Below, piece after piece: positions 25,447 through 39,473 of a stretch of DNA of 64,000 bases; positions within the stretch are counted from its first letter, which is position 1, and the number at the start of each line of letters is the position of its first letter. The notes below the pieces were generated by a model. The model worked only from the letters and a program-made list of their open reading frames with translations. It made no database searches and was not told the origin of the DNA. The stretch is from Phoronis australis (lineage: Eukaryota > Animalia > Phoronida): NCBI GenBank assembly GCA_002633005.1, contig NMRA01000581.1:96762-160761 (forward strand). Reading direction: 5' to 3'. The position numbers were made by a program, and so were the translations under genes.

Positions 25447-25652
25447 CATATCCGGTATCATGATGAGAGCGTAACCAAACGTGATGGTGACGTTGTCAGA
25501 AGCGTTGAGAACAGGGCGGGCGCTGGTGTCATAGTCGTTAAACAGAGTAAACATTAGGCGTTGTTCGTCGGATAAGTTTTTACCGCCGTTTATGGGCGGT
25601 TTTTCTGAATAAATGCCCTGTTTTGAACCACCCTTGCGAGAAATGGCTGCAG
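25447..25652 (-). CDS. nAChR alternative exon 2a (N-terminal helix, RPV motif, beta1)
   Basis: Acceptor tttattgcttctttag|CT and donor ATG|gtaagt, 206 nt, phase 1/0. Encodes AAISRKGGSKQGIYSEKPPINGGKNLSDEQRLMFTLFNDYDTSARPVLNASDNVTITFGYALIMIPDM. Confidence 0.93.
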
Positions 25653-26336
25653 CTAAAGAAGCAATAAAGAAACGAAAAACAAAATCCAATGAACATCAAC
25701 TTTCGTCAAAATATTTGTTGAAATGTAAATTATCTTAAAGATAGTCTTTCCTTTACAATAACCAATTTAGAAACAGGGTGGCTTTCGTCCATCGAAATGT
25801 ATCACCAACGTATACACATTTCGTAATTTTCAGAACAGCAGTTGAGTGATTACAATGATGCACGAGTCAGCTGTCTCTCACTACGGCGGACATTTTGGGT
25901 GGCGGTGGACCACCAAAAGTACAATTTAAACTAAAAACATTATACTGAATTTAGTTAAGTTGGAAATATTTTGTTTTTTTTTAGAATTGACATTGTTTGA
26001 GTTTAACCTTCTATTGAACTTACTTGCGTTGAAATCCGCTTAATCAATTTTCAAATAAAATTTTACGGAAAGAGTATCCTTAAAAAAGAAATAAAATTAT
26101 GAAACAACTCATGTAAACAAAACTAAGATTGAAAAATTCGGAAATATAATAAAATTATAATTAAATAAAAATACAGATAACCGTACTAATAATGATAAAA
26201 TGATCGTAAAACAAGGATGACTATAATGTAAATTGAATACTTCTTGAAGCTGTAGGTCCAGATTGGGAATATTATTTGTAACTGCACATGAAATGGAAAT
26301 TCGAATAGCGAAAAGGCTTTGAAGACATCTACTTAC

Positions 26337-26427
26337 CGTCGTGAGACGAGTTGTATTTGAGCGACGACACACACTCGTTGAGAAGAGCGCAAACCAGAGC
26401 GGCCATGATAACAATTTTTCCCGGCAT
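26337..26427 (-). CDS. nAChR first coding exon (signal peptide)
   Basis: ATG at 26427 gives MPGKIVIMAALVCALLNECVSSLKYNSSHD, then phase-1 donor G|gtaagt compatible with both 2a and 2b. An upstream acceptor catcttttacag (exon start 26445) implies a further non-coding exon. Confidence 0.85.
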
Positions 26428-29400
26428 TATCTCACCGTGATGACACTGTAAAAGATGCAAAGCACCCTTTTTCATTTCAGCAGCATATTTTGCAAATCAA
26501 TTCCCGTTCAATCAAAACTTGGCAAACCAAGACCGTTAAACGGACCAGAGAAGACGGAGAGCTACGCGCCTCGAACGCAAATGAGCTCAGCGGCAACAAC
26601 AACCGTGATGACTTTGCCTCGCGAGGGGTGCAGCGAATGTTTCACTTTCTCTCACGTCACCAGAGTAAATCGTCACAGCATGCGGGCGAGATGATATGAG
26701 CTAAGTGCTTTGCCGAATACAACTGATAACTAACTAAAATTAATTATTGCATCGCCTGACAACAAATTTCTCAGAGTCGTTCATTGTGTACTTTATTTGT
26801 GCTGTTTACTACAAACGCAGATTTCATGTCACCGAGCATAACCATGGACAAATCCGTTACATCTGCTAAAAAGACATCAAAATCTGGTGATTAAGTGACA
26901 CCTGGCGAGACTTCTGTGGCGTCACAAAAATGACGTAGTTCTTGTAGTGTCTGATACATTTCGCAACTGAGATCTTATGCTGCTAAGTTTTGTGACCTAT
27001 TAACCTATAATAAGATAAAAAGCAACAGTCAGTAAATGTACTAAAAATAACAAATGGAAATCGATGAAAATTACGTGTCACCGATGGACCGTAATATTAC
27101 TGTATCGCTGAATTTATGGCAAACGCTCAAAGATGCCTTTTTGAAAATTTAAAGGGTAACCAGGGCGATATTTCTTAAAATGTGGATAAAATGCCAACGA
27201 GAGTGATGATTACTATGGTAAGCGCACATTTCTAAGGCAAGAATGCGCGTACGTGTCTCGGAAGTGTGACTACGTCTTGGACAACAGACGTACGTTCCGT
27301 AGTCACTAACCATTCACAATAGAACTGGTGGAATCACGTTCTTTGCTTGCAATGCATGGCGATGTTTCGCAGACTTGTCTGGTTTTGGCTTTTCGTGAAG
27401 TTTTGCGTGTACGAAATGCAGCCCAGGGAAGTTAACACACACGTGATAAACATCGTAGGCGATCGAACTATCGTGTTAAAGCGTAAAACCTGTTTACATA
27501 ATCAACAAATTTCCTGTAACATTGTTGATCAACATGAAAAGTGGTACTCTCTCAACGACGCTCCACTGTGTAAACTACTCCGTTAAGGTTATGTACCACC
27601 TTACCGGCACGTCTGTTTAGCCAAATATCTACAAAATAATAGAATTTAACTCAGAGAGAGTATTCTGAAAGTGCAAAGTGTTTAGAATGTGACATATTCC
27701 AATCTGCAAGTATTTGGGTCACGTGGCCATACATTTTTAGTAAAATTTAGTAAAAACAATCATAAAAGACTCGCAACTGAGCAGTTTCCCATGGGTGTGT
27801 CTTCTGTGCCAACTAGCATGCGAGCTTCATATATTGGATCTTTCAACAGGAATAAGCGTGCGGTGAGGGTCACGTGTACGCCGTTGTTTTGCGTTGAAAC
27901 CTCAAACCCCAAACACTTTAGTTGCCAGTCTTTCCATTTTAGCGATGAGGGTCCCAGGTTGCGGCTGCCCATTGGATAACTCCAAACGCTGGTGGGGGGT
28001 CACGCGATCCCTGATCCCTCCCTAGTTGCGCCCCATTGATTTAGGCAAGTGTCAATCCCATTACGGACAGGATAAAAAGCTGTTTCTATAGGTCTAAGTG
28101 GAACATTTTTCATTCCAAAATTGTGATAGGTTCCTCTCTTAAAATGATACAAACCCCTGTTTTGACCTAATAACAGATATTAAAAACATCTTATATATCC
28201 AATTCCCTGAGACAAAATAATGCTCTGTAACCCATCGACAACCCTCAAAAGTGTGGAGGACATTTTGAAAACTCTTTTCAAAATCTGGTAAACAGGCAAG
28301 CGTGACCTACGGTTTTAAGGAATTACACGGCAACTGTGTGGAAAAACACCAACGAAGAACCTTTAGTTTTTAACCTCGGACACAAGGAGTATGATTTTTT
28401 AGCTGATTCTTGCTTTTATTGTTTAGTATTGGCGCCGATGGTGCATTAGCCGGTGACAGCACGAGGATTGGCTTAAATCATCAAAACAAGGTTTAGTATC
28501 CTTAGAAAGTGCGCCAATTACTGCAGTTAAATTGTTGCATATAGAAAGGAAAGCTTAGGCAGCATGTTCTGGATCAGCCAACCGAAGATGTCTAGGCCAT
28601 GTGACGGTACACGATAAGCAAAATGTCAGTCTTAGTGGGTGAAGAATACACCAGACGTGCATGAATATGAGGAAAGCATATCTCCGGAAGCGTTTGAATG
28701 GCATTTTGAGAATGCCTCAATTGTCATTTGATTCTAAATCTAGAGAAATGGCTCGGCTTGTTAACATAAAATGCAGCGAATTTGATGATATAAATCAGAG
28801 GAAGGTGTAAAGTGTACCTTTCATGCATCGATCCCAGGAACCGGGCGGCTCCGCAACGCTGGAAAAATTAGTTTACAGTAAGTTCCAGAAGTTGTGATTT
28901 GTATTTCTTCGTATTTTCATATCATCTTCGACACTTGATATTTTTCAGTCATGATCTTATAGAGACACCCATCTTCAAGAAATATCGGCATTTCAGTTGC
29001 CTCACTGAACGCTGTTTTCTGCTCTAGTCAGTGATATTCAATATAAAAACAAAACAGTTGATTGAACTGTCGCAGTTAAAAAACGTTCCTGCTCATGTGA
29101 CGTAATTACCTAAGGTACCCTCATATACCGTCGTCTTCGTAGTCTCGGTCAATGACACTGTTAAAATTCACTCGTTTGAGTTTCTATTGAAGCTCTAAAG
29201 TCGACACCGAGATCGGCTTAATATTAACAAATTTGCGTATTCAATCAAGTATCCACAACTTTATAGATTTTATCTCCGTAAAGGTGTATTTTTATGAAAT
29301 CGGGAAAAATATGGAATTCAGTTTTGACTTTTTACTAAAATTTAGCAAAACGAAGGCATCAAGAACATTTTTTATGTTCCGTCATACGAACGTGGGGCCT

Positions 29401-31092
29401 AAAAGAATCTTGAACGTAAAAACAAGTCCATTCAACATTTTGGAGAACTCTACAAAATGTATGGGAATGCTTCATATGAATCCGATCAGCCATTTCTGAG
29501 ACTTGGTGTTCGGACACTTTCTAGGGTTCTCCGTGATCTTAAAATAGACTGTGAAACTTCGTGTTATTACTTTGAACTATATGGATTGAAGGAGTCCCTT
29601 ATTTTCGGTAAGCCTGTTCAAAGATTGGGATTTCAGATAGCCCTCAAAAACCCCAGAACTGCAAAAAACAGTTTGTTAACAGTACTTTTAAACCACACTT
29701 TTGGAATCTGTAGGAAATTTGATTTCCGAATCTAATGCTGGCTTGTGTCGCACGTATGCAGGGAAGTGTTGGTTTGGGGGTCTAAAGTGTCAATTTTGCA
29801 TTTTTGCTACTTTTTCTTGGCCTATCTTGCTTTTCAGTAGGAGTGAAAGGGACAAAAACACAAGACAGAATCGAGTTAGTTTCTGTACTCATGTGTAGGG
29901 CTTGGGATGTTAAGTGATACAAAACTTTTCATTCTTTACATACGGTTTTCGACAGAGTGAAGAAAAGGTGGCAAGTTGTTCTGTGCCCCGATCAGCGCCA
30001 TCTTGAGGCTTGAGAACGAAGCTGCAGTGCCCCGGGGCTTATGGCTAGTTAATTCGTTCGTGTATGCTATCTGACCTATAGTTGTCTTAGGGAATTTTAT
30101 TACCCAATTTCGAATACGACTGTTTCTGGTACTACCCGACTCGTTTATTAAAGTCAGATTAGCCCAATATGTTGAGAGATCAGATTCAGCACAATGCAAA
30201 CATTGACTAATTATTCTCGTTCTACACCCCGCTGTTCTGGCTGTAATTAACAATCATCTGGCCATCTATTTCTACAGCGAAAACCTTTGAAAGCACAGTC
30301 TGACTACTCTAACAAGAAATGAAAGTTTTTCGATGAAACGGCAGGGAGTCATCGCTAACATTATTTTCATTTTGTTCCATGATTCTCGCCGCTGTGTTTC
30401 ACATTTTAATCAAACAACGCAAGATAATAATATTATGGAGTTTTGTAAATTATGTGTTCCAGTATCTTCTCTGCACAAAGTAGCGATCTGCGCTAAAATC
30501 ATCAATATCAAGCACCACGCTTTCATTTACTCGGGGCGTCTTCTCAATCGATTTTCGGCACTCGTCTTCAAAAGAAACAGCCAGTTATTATGATTTTACT
30601 TAACTGGCTTTATTATAATGGTCACAGCGCTAGAAAGGCAGCGAAAACCAGCGTAAAGGAACACGAATTCGCAACCGTAACTGTGGGATATTGTGTCTAG
30701 ACATGTGATACGCAACTACAAGCCGATGCACCGTGGCGCGAGGGGGTGCTGTCCTTAAAAATTAACACGCGTTCGACTTTTGGTCGTGTTCAAATGTGGG
30801 ATCCCTCCTTAATTCTTCTGTGCGTTGCGTACACGTGTAGTGGTGTTATCCAGCGCATGCGCACGTAGACGCAGTAAACATCACCTTTTCAATTTAACGT
30901 AGCGCATACGTACCGTAACTTATAGTGTAGTGGGACATAAACCTGCATAGACGCAGTAATCCACATTTTTTTTTCTTTTTTCCGAGTGGCTACTCGCCGT
31001 AAATTAGCCTGGATACGCTGCTTTGATGGACTGATAAAGACGGCGCGTGTCGTCACACAATTTATAAAGGTGGACAAACTTGACAAGCCGAG

Positions 31093-32132
31093 TTTACTGT
31101 ACAATTTGTAATCATTATAGCTATGTTAATAATACCCCCTTCCGTTCAGTGACGCTAGGATCTCACAGAAAAAGCAATACTTTGCGAGATTACGTGAGAT
31201 ACTGTCATGTATTTAAATGAGAACACATAACTTAAGCTAGATTTTCACTGGACGCACGCCAGGGCTGCTCAATTTGAAAAATTAAAAAAAGAATTATCAA
31301 GTTTATTAAAATAAAGTACATTGAGGATGTATGAGCTGTTGGAAAATAAATTTGTGCGCCAAACTACCAGTGTTATGCTACAAAAATTAAAAACACAGTA
31401 TGAGTTTGTACATTTTAAAACTGGCCCGTATACATGCATGATACCAGGACTGAAAGAAAATGAGCGTAGACTTGAGAATCGGGAATTCTGGAAGTTTCAG
31501 CAAAAACGAAAATCAAAAGGCCGGCTTTTACTCTTATAAAATAGGTCTCATAATATTTCAGACCACAATAGAATTCTATTTCCGTTACCAAGAAGAACAT
31601 CAAAACCATCAGTNTTACTGAACAATTTGTAATCATTACAGCTATGTTAATAACACCTCCTTCTGTTCAGTGACGCTAGGATCTGGCAGAAAAAGCAATA
31701 CTTTGCGAGATTACGTGAGATATTGTTATGTATTTAAATGAGAACACATAACTTTGGCTAGATTTTCACTGAACGCACGCCAGGGCTGCTCAATTTGAAA
31801 AATTAAAAAAGAATTATCAAGTTTATTAAAATAAAGTACGTTGAGGATGTATGAGCTGTTGGAAAATAAATTTGTGCGCCAAACTACCAGTGTTATGCTA
31901 CAAAAATTAAAAACACAGTATGAGTTTGTACATTTTAAAACTGGCCCGTATACATGCATGATACCAGGACTGAAAGAAAATGAGCGTAGACTTGAGAATC
32001 GGGAATTTTGGAAGTTTCAGCAAAAACGAAAATCAAAAGGCCGGCTTTTACTCTTATAAAATAGGTCTCATAATATTTCAGACCACAATAGAATTCTATT
32101 TCCGTTACCAAGAAGAACATCAAAACCATCAG
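31093..32132. repeat. Near-identical ~520-bp tandem duplication joined at an N, probably an assembly or haplotype artefact
   Basis: 31093-31613 and 31615-32132 differ by a few substitutions, and the junction coincides with the n at 31614. Confidence 0.8.
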
Positions 32133-35100
32133 CGACTCGAAAAAGACGCTCCAGAGTTCATTGGAATTGCCCAACCACAAAAAATAGCGAATTCGAAAAT
32201 GGTGCACGTACTTTAGTTGGTAACGGAAATGGAATTCTATCACGGTAAGGAATACTATGAAACCGATTTTACGATAGCATAAGGACAATTCAATTTTTGT
32301 TCTTTAGCCAGTTAAAGAGGGCGAAATGCCGCTTTAAAAACGTCATTTCACGTGCGAAGACAAATCACGAAAAGAAGCGCGTGAATCTGTGAGAGGTGCA
32401 AACAAACGGGCATTGCGACAGTGAAATGTGTGAGCTGCGATAACGACCCATTCCTGTCAACAGGTGTGAGGCGCAGTGCTGTAAGTTATAAGATTTGCAA
32501 GAGATCATCAATGCTTGAAGAATTATATGTAACTATGCCTCTTTAGTATAATTTTTTGTTAGAAACTGTATATTAGGCATATGTCCTTAGTCAGGCCTGC
32601 TAGAAACAAAAATAGACTAGTTGACTGTTCTACTAAACATCTTAATTTTTTGCGTAATTTTGGGTTGCCGTTCACTGAGCAAGCTGCAGCCACAGGGTTG
32701 AATAATTCGGTGGTGTCAGGTGTTGGCGGCCGAGAGACTTTCGGCAACGATAAAACTTCCACCTGCTATACTCCTGTCCCCAGTATTCGAAAAATTCCAT
32801 CACCGGAGTGAAACTAAAGAATTTTTACAATGGGACAAGCATTTATGTAAAATAATTTTCTGATAATTCAAACAGACTTACATTTTCAAATCGTCAACGT
32901 ATCGGGTTAGATTAACACTTCTTTGTTTATTGTAGTTATTTAACTACGCTAAATGTTAACCTTCGTAAATTTTCAAAAAGAACAATGTGAAGTAATAACT
33001 TTATTCTTCTTAACTACCTTAAGAGATTCTTCACACTTGTATTAAAAATGTTTTTATATGCCAAAAGTGTGAGTTAGTTGAGAGGACTGCATATATCGAT
33101 CTACCATTTTCAAGTTGTTCGATTTTCAATGCTTTTGGAAAACCAAAACATCTATTTTTCCCACTGTTTGGGTAGGTATGAAAAAATACAGAGAATATTT
33201 ACGGTAGTCCGTGGCCGAGGGTAAATCCCTTTTCCAAACAACGAAGTATTCCTAAAATATTGCTAAGTATTGTTTTGGTGATTCCAATTTATCCTCGTAA
33301 TGTCTTACATCTTTACCAGTCGTGTGAGAAGAGCACGATTTTACTAAAAAACACGTACTGCCTGTGTCACACAATGTTTATCATGGTTCTTGTTGAGAGG
33401 TCTTTGCCCACAGTCACGTGTAACTCACCTACAACGTTTGTCGCCCTTGTCAGTTAAGCAGACTTTGAAACGAGTTTCAAAATTTGTTCCAAGCGTTTCA
33501 TGGCAGACGAAAGGTACTGAACATTTGTTGAACATTTGTTTTAGAGAGCTGGATGAGAAAGTCACTGTTAATATCTGTTTATAGGCAAAAACCGGGTATA
33601 GTATCTTAAAGCTGTTTTAATACGTCAAAAAGAGATTTTGTCCAATGGCATTTGTTCGAGGGTAAATCGAAAATGTTTTACTAGTAACGGATGTAACATT
33701 AACTGCGAGAGTTCCAGTTATATCGTCTGAGGTTTTCTCATGTAGAGTTTCGATCTACCGACGAGCTTATAGTCATGATCGTTCGACACTAGTTTCATGT
33801 AATTACATGTATTTCAAATTTACGAATGTTCAATTTTGATGCAGTCAACGAAATTTATTAAAAACGTCATAGTAGCGTCATCATGAGCAGCTGGTCGCCT
33901 TTTTAAACCTCTAGTGCAGAGACACAACTGCTCATTACAAAAACTCGACAACAGCGGTTTCCATCTCGAAGCTAAATCCTCGAAATAATCTAGCTTCGCA
34001 TAGGCCTCCAGATTGGACTCGGCTTCGTGTAAGTCAAAAATACAGCTAAGTTCCTGTATTGATTTCCTTATTTGCAAAGTCACGTGAGTTGACAGGCGCG
34101 ATAGGTGTCCTTAAGTAAACACCGTTTGTTACTGCTGTTTGTCATGCGCAATACGACTGTTAAATACAACTGTTAAAGAACTGGAAGTAAAGAAGTCATG
34201 ATTATTTATACTGCCAGAGAAGAAATGTGCGTTGTTACACCTTATTTCATTTTCTTGCTCAGATCATTCATGAGTTTCCGTATCGGCATAAATGAGCGTC
34301 TCAGGTTATGTACGCTCAACAGTGCACTTCAAAGTTATGTCCTGATGGGCTGGGCCTCGGACGAATACTTCCTCGAAATATAGCGATACAACACTGTTTT
34401 CAAATCACGAATTTCAGAACAGCTGGCATTTTAGCGAAACTCAATGACCGCAATATTGTTACCGGTTCATATCCGCGCTGGAGCTGATTTCAGCAAATCG
34501 GATTTCTCACGGATAATGACACTTTTAGGTCAACGCGCCTACACGTGAAACACTTCAGTAAAAATGTCGTTGAAAAACGCATTATTTCGGAAATTGGCAC
34601 CTGGGCGTAAACATGTCCACGGTGTAATTCAAACCTCTGAAATGAGCTTCGTTAAGTGTAAACGCAGTGAGTCTGTTACAGGTGCATAAAGCTCAACACT
34701 GCTTTATACTTGTACAGCCTGGTGAGTAGGAACCAATTAAGTAGTCCTTCACTGAACAATAAACTCTAAACTTGATGATTTGTCATTATTACCGTCTATC
34801 TACCATAAATGGATCGTTTGATGTCTGTTTAACAAGATTAAGCTGAAGATACATTCACACCAAGACAACAAACCAAACAATTTCTTTTGATGCAAATGTT
34901 AAACACGTACTCTGTCAAACACTAGGTAATAGTTTACTAAATTATAGTTTTGTTTTCGTTTTACACCAGTTTTGAGTTCTCTCACGTAAGTCCTAAAAGC
35001 CCTCATCCAAAAAGGACACGTCATCTCAAAACTGATTTCGGAAAACAGCACATAAGTACAGTATCTAAAAACTTCAGTCAATCTGATCAGTCATTTCTGA

Positions 35101-37257
35101 GATACGGTATGATGTTTCCAAGTTAAGAAGATTTGCAAGTTTCTTGCATACTACAACCATTACGTGTAGATACTGGCACTAGTTTAACTTACGTTTAGAC
35201 AAAGGTTAAGTCAGCAAATCTTGTTTATTTTAAGCTACACTTCTCCACATTCAAGATTTCAGTTTTGTAATCTGTGCATTTCGTGGAAAATTTTTCAGGA
35301 GTCTTGATTTTTGTTTGCATCAACACAACAATTTGCGGAATTAACTTCATTCACTCGATCGAGTATAGGCTTTGAGAAAAAATCTTAAAATACCCGTGGA
35401 GAAGATCCGCAAAGCCTCGCCTGAACGGGCCTGTTATGTTTCTTCGGCTGGCTGTAAAAATTATCTACTTTCCAGTTCAAAGAATAGACTAGACCCATAA
35501 GTACACCGTGCGTCGGTGGAAATCATCTTCCTGTATAGATTAAGTAATTTAGCAAAAGAATTCACTGATTAACGAAACTGACTTCCTTTATGCAATCACG
35601 TGAGCTTGTTCTGCAGAGGTGTACCGATCGAATACTCAGTATATTGTGATCACGGGCTATGCGATCGGAATTCGCTACCACCAATTTCTGAAGTAGTGGC
35701 AATATTTAACGCTTAAAACCATTACAGTGTTACTTTTCAATTAGTTTAACCACAGATAGAAGGCAGACAGAATGACTTGAAAAGATACAGAAAATGACAC
35801 GGAATGTCGGCGGATAAGCCTGCTAAAACACGTGTTTCAGTAGTAATTGGCCGATATTATTAAGTTTTCCAACGTTCAAACGCAATTAGGCTAACGCACT
35901 TCACAGCATCGTGTAAACGGTTCTCAGCAAATGTCAAATCAAAACATCAAAAAAGTAGATATGCATTTCAAAGCTACGATAATCATCTGTAGCATATATT
36001 CTTCTGAAACGTACTGGAAAATATGTCAGAATGATAAAAACTGTCTTTTACTTTGCAACATCCTGGTGTCGAGTTTCACCGGCGAATACAAGTCGTCCAC
36101 TGAAGTGATGGACACATGCAAGCAGTGACGTCAGAAGTAGACCTGTCAAACTGGAAAAATAACGTTTACCCCGGCGTAATTAGATACCGTGCAGTTACAC
36201 GAGACGTGTCGCTGAAATGACTGGGTTTTAAGTTTCGGATTCATTTGACATTCCCAAAGAAAGGTCTCGCTTTATGAGTTTTTTACAAAAAGGTCCATTG
36301 TTCAGCAGAACTGTCCCTAGAAGAGTTTCATATTGTTTGTACATTTTTTGGGATAAAAAGAGTACTGTCCAAGAGGTTGTTCACAGAATTGATTTCTATA
36401 AAATAGCCTAATGCTGTTGCAGCAAACCTCTTACAAAATCGGTTGTCTTTTCCGTAGAAGCTCCCTACAAATATGTCTCTTAAAACCCTGATAGTTATTT
36501 ATCGTGCTAACGGTGTAAACGGGTGGGATATAAATTTCTCACAGGCAAATACTTTTCAGAAACCTTGGAGTGGCCTCCAGAGATAATCATATGCCAATTC
36601 GTGTCTCTTACCTTACAGAAATGCTGATCAGTTATGAACGATGAATGGGCCGTGGTAGATCTCAATACATACAAATACAGCTTAAAATCTTGAGGTTATA
36701 TAAGACATTAGAAAAATGTCCAAAAATGGCAAATTTTTGAATATCGAGTTGTATCTCAGTAATGCTGTCGTATTCGTATGAAACAGATAAAATGCTTTAT
36801 ACCACAAAATTAGCCTCGAATGGCAGATACAACCGTGTAATAACCCATAAAGTTATCTCACTAGTGAGATAACATTTTGGCGGGAAACCGAGGTCGGATT
36901 CGAACGCCCCTCGGGCGATAATTCTCCAAAATCCACTCGGGCTCTAGATAACGGAGGATAACGACTTCGCCACGTAATAATCTATATTTATGCGCCATTC
37001 TCCAACAGTCTTTGAACAATTGTTTTTTTCCACTTTTATATCAGGGTCTATAAAAATAGGACATTTTTGATGTTCACGAAAAACACACAAGTTGCACAAG
37101 AAACGAAAACGAAGTGATATTCTTAAAAAGCTGCAACATTGTTCTTGAGATTATTATCCTGAACATTTATATCAAATAAAATTTGCTCGTGTTATTGATA
37201 CTCTTGTTGTGTCAGCAGTGTACTTTTCTTTTTTACAAAGTGCACAAAACGGACACG

Positions 37258-37320
37258 GTCACGTGACCCATTTAATGACAGATTGGTAAAAAGTCAAAAA
37301 ATGATTTCTCCTAGCTTTTT
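37258..37320. repeat. Dispersed repeat fragment; second copy at about 58036-58095
   Basis: ggtcacgtgaccca...atgacagattggta...aa.tca occurs at both sites. Confidence 0.55.
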
Positions 37321-38637
37321 ACATTCACATAATATATACTGTTGCAGAGTTAAATACCGTAGTTTCGTAGATATTTGACTAAGTACACAAAGTTGTTATC
37401 AAGGTCCAACATAACCACGAAGAAACAGGCTGGGGACGGGTGAAAAACGTTTAACTTTAGCCAGGAATATACCTAGAGTGTGACACCGACGTACACGGGG
37501 TTGATATCCAGACTGTACAGCGCTTAGTCGGTTCTCACTGTTTTTACTACATTTTGAGATGGTATCGATAATAATCTTGATGTAGTGACAACACCTTAAA
37601 GGTTCATCAGTAAGATACGCGCACAGAGACAGTTACATGTATTCATATAGCCGGCCAAAGAAGAAAGCTCTAAATTTCACGCTTGGATGGCACACCCTAT
37701 CAAACAGAAGAATGTGGGCTTTGGTTACACAATTTGGAAATGTAAGATAGAACCTCTATTTTCATACGTATGCGCAGCGACTGTTTGATATTAAAAGCGG
37801 CCTTTATGTTACAAATTAGACAACAGTTATAACAAGAAATCGGATTCTCGTATACGTCCTCAAAGAATTAAATAAATGTTTATATTGATACCGAACTCAA
37901 TGAAAGAACAATCAATATAAAATAGAAAATATATTTTAAACGGGTATTGTCACTGCAACTCAGAGTTTATGAATACGGCGAAGGAAATGCATAATCCACT
38001 ATTTAACGCTAACATCCATCTACAATACTAAAACTAAGTTGCCTATTAAACTGAATTTTTACACAGAACTGTGCTTAACTCGTGATCGAGGCTAGTCAAA
38101 CTTGAAAACTCCAGGTTATGAGCACAAGCAACTATGTTCATCAAGTCTACTTGCTATTCATTGACAGGGACAGATCGGGCTTTTTGGGGATTCCTTTTCG
38201 GCCACTTCCGTATTGCTGTAATAAACGGGTGAAAAATGTCGCTCCCTTTGCCCGTCGTTTTTGAGACCCCACTTTGACCAGGATCCCGGAGACGTGCCTT
38301 TTCTGGTGCTCACGTTTTTCCTTTTGTTTGCTTGGGAGGTTTCGTCAGGCCTATCTAATGTAGGTTAATTATCTATTTATACAAAAACAATTTCTTGAAC
38401 CGGATCACGTTCCATTGTAACTCGTTAGGTGGGATGCTGAGTGTCTGGACAATGTCTCATCAATTATACCCTACAAACTGGTCTCGACAAGCAGCACTGA
38501 TCGATCCAATGACTTACAAAGTCATAACGAAGTCATTTAGTTATATATGTATCACAAATATACGGTCATCTTAATCAAGATCGATGTAATTATAACAGCC
38601 TAGTGAATTTAATGGCCTTTCAGTTCCACTCACTTAC

Positions 38638-38910
38638 TTGTACGAAGAGAAAATCCGGAGAAATCTGAACGTTTGTCGCTTCAAAATGACTCCTTGGTCA
38701 TACTCCAGTGAAGACGATACTCATGCTAAAACAATCTCCTACATCGTATTTCGTCTTCATTGTAAAATCTCCTCCGTCCAAATAACATTGGTCTAAGACT
38801 GAACACACGGCAAATAGAGAGATCCAACCACACATGCGCATTGGCAACGTCAAGCAGATGGGTGTTATTAAGAGCGACGTGAAGTCCGCTGAGCTAAACA
38901 TTGACTGCGG
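38638..38910 (-). other. Candidate non-coding 5' exon of the nAChR gene
   Basis: Ends in the strong donor ACAA|gtaagtgagt on the correct strand, 12 kb upstream of the orphan acceptor at 26446. 5' boundary unknown. Confidence 0.35.
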
Positions 38911-39473
38911 CGAGATTTCATTAATAAGATCGGTTATGCTTTGATTTTCAAGATTACCGTATGATGACGAACATCGTAATTAACAGACCATTCGTTGCAC
39001 GCCTCTAGTGCCCTCGAATACTAGTGTACAGAAGTAACAAAAAAATCTTATTTTGCGACGTTGATTCTGCAGAAAACTTCTTACTGAAATAGATATATTC
39101 GGAAACGCATTGTTGGGATTACTGTTTGAAGTTATTCAGCTTTAACAAGCGCTTTAAAATAACAAAATACTTTGTTTTGTGATTTTATTACATAATCACA
39201 AATATTTTACGACATAATTACAAATCGTCAAATGTTATCACTGCATGCTAGCCAGTCATTCGCTGAGGCTTTGTGACAGCAAAAGTTTTTAAAAATACTT
39301 TTAAATTGTACCTCAGTCTACTTGCCGAGTGGCGTTTACCTCCGCTAGCAAAGCGTCGGACTGCGACCGCTGAGGTCAGTCGTGAGTTCAAATGCATCTT
39401 GGAGCTGATCTCAAAAAATCAATTTTCTCGCCGATTGTGTCATTTCATTCGCTTTTCACATTATTCCTTGGAT

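Noticed and set aside
27760-27972. ORF segment VHVTLTARLFLLKD aligning loosely with nAChR beta1, as a possible third exon-2 copy
   Set aside because: No RPV motif or helix alpha1, no splice donor at the expected position, poor nucleotide similarity, and it lies upstream of the signal-peptide exon.
31093-32132. Tandem duplication giving two identical 72-aa ORFs
   Set aside because: The junction falls on an N and the copies differ by a few SNPs, so it is most likely merged haplotypes or a contig overlap. The ORF has no recognisable features.
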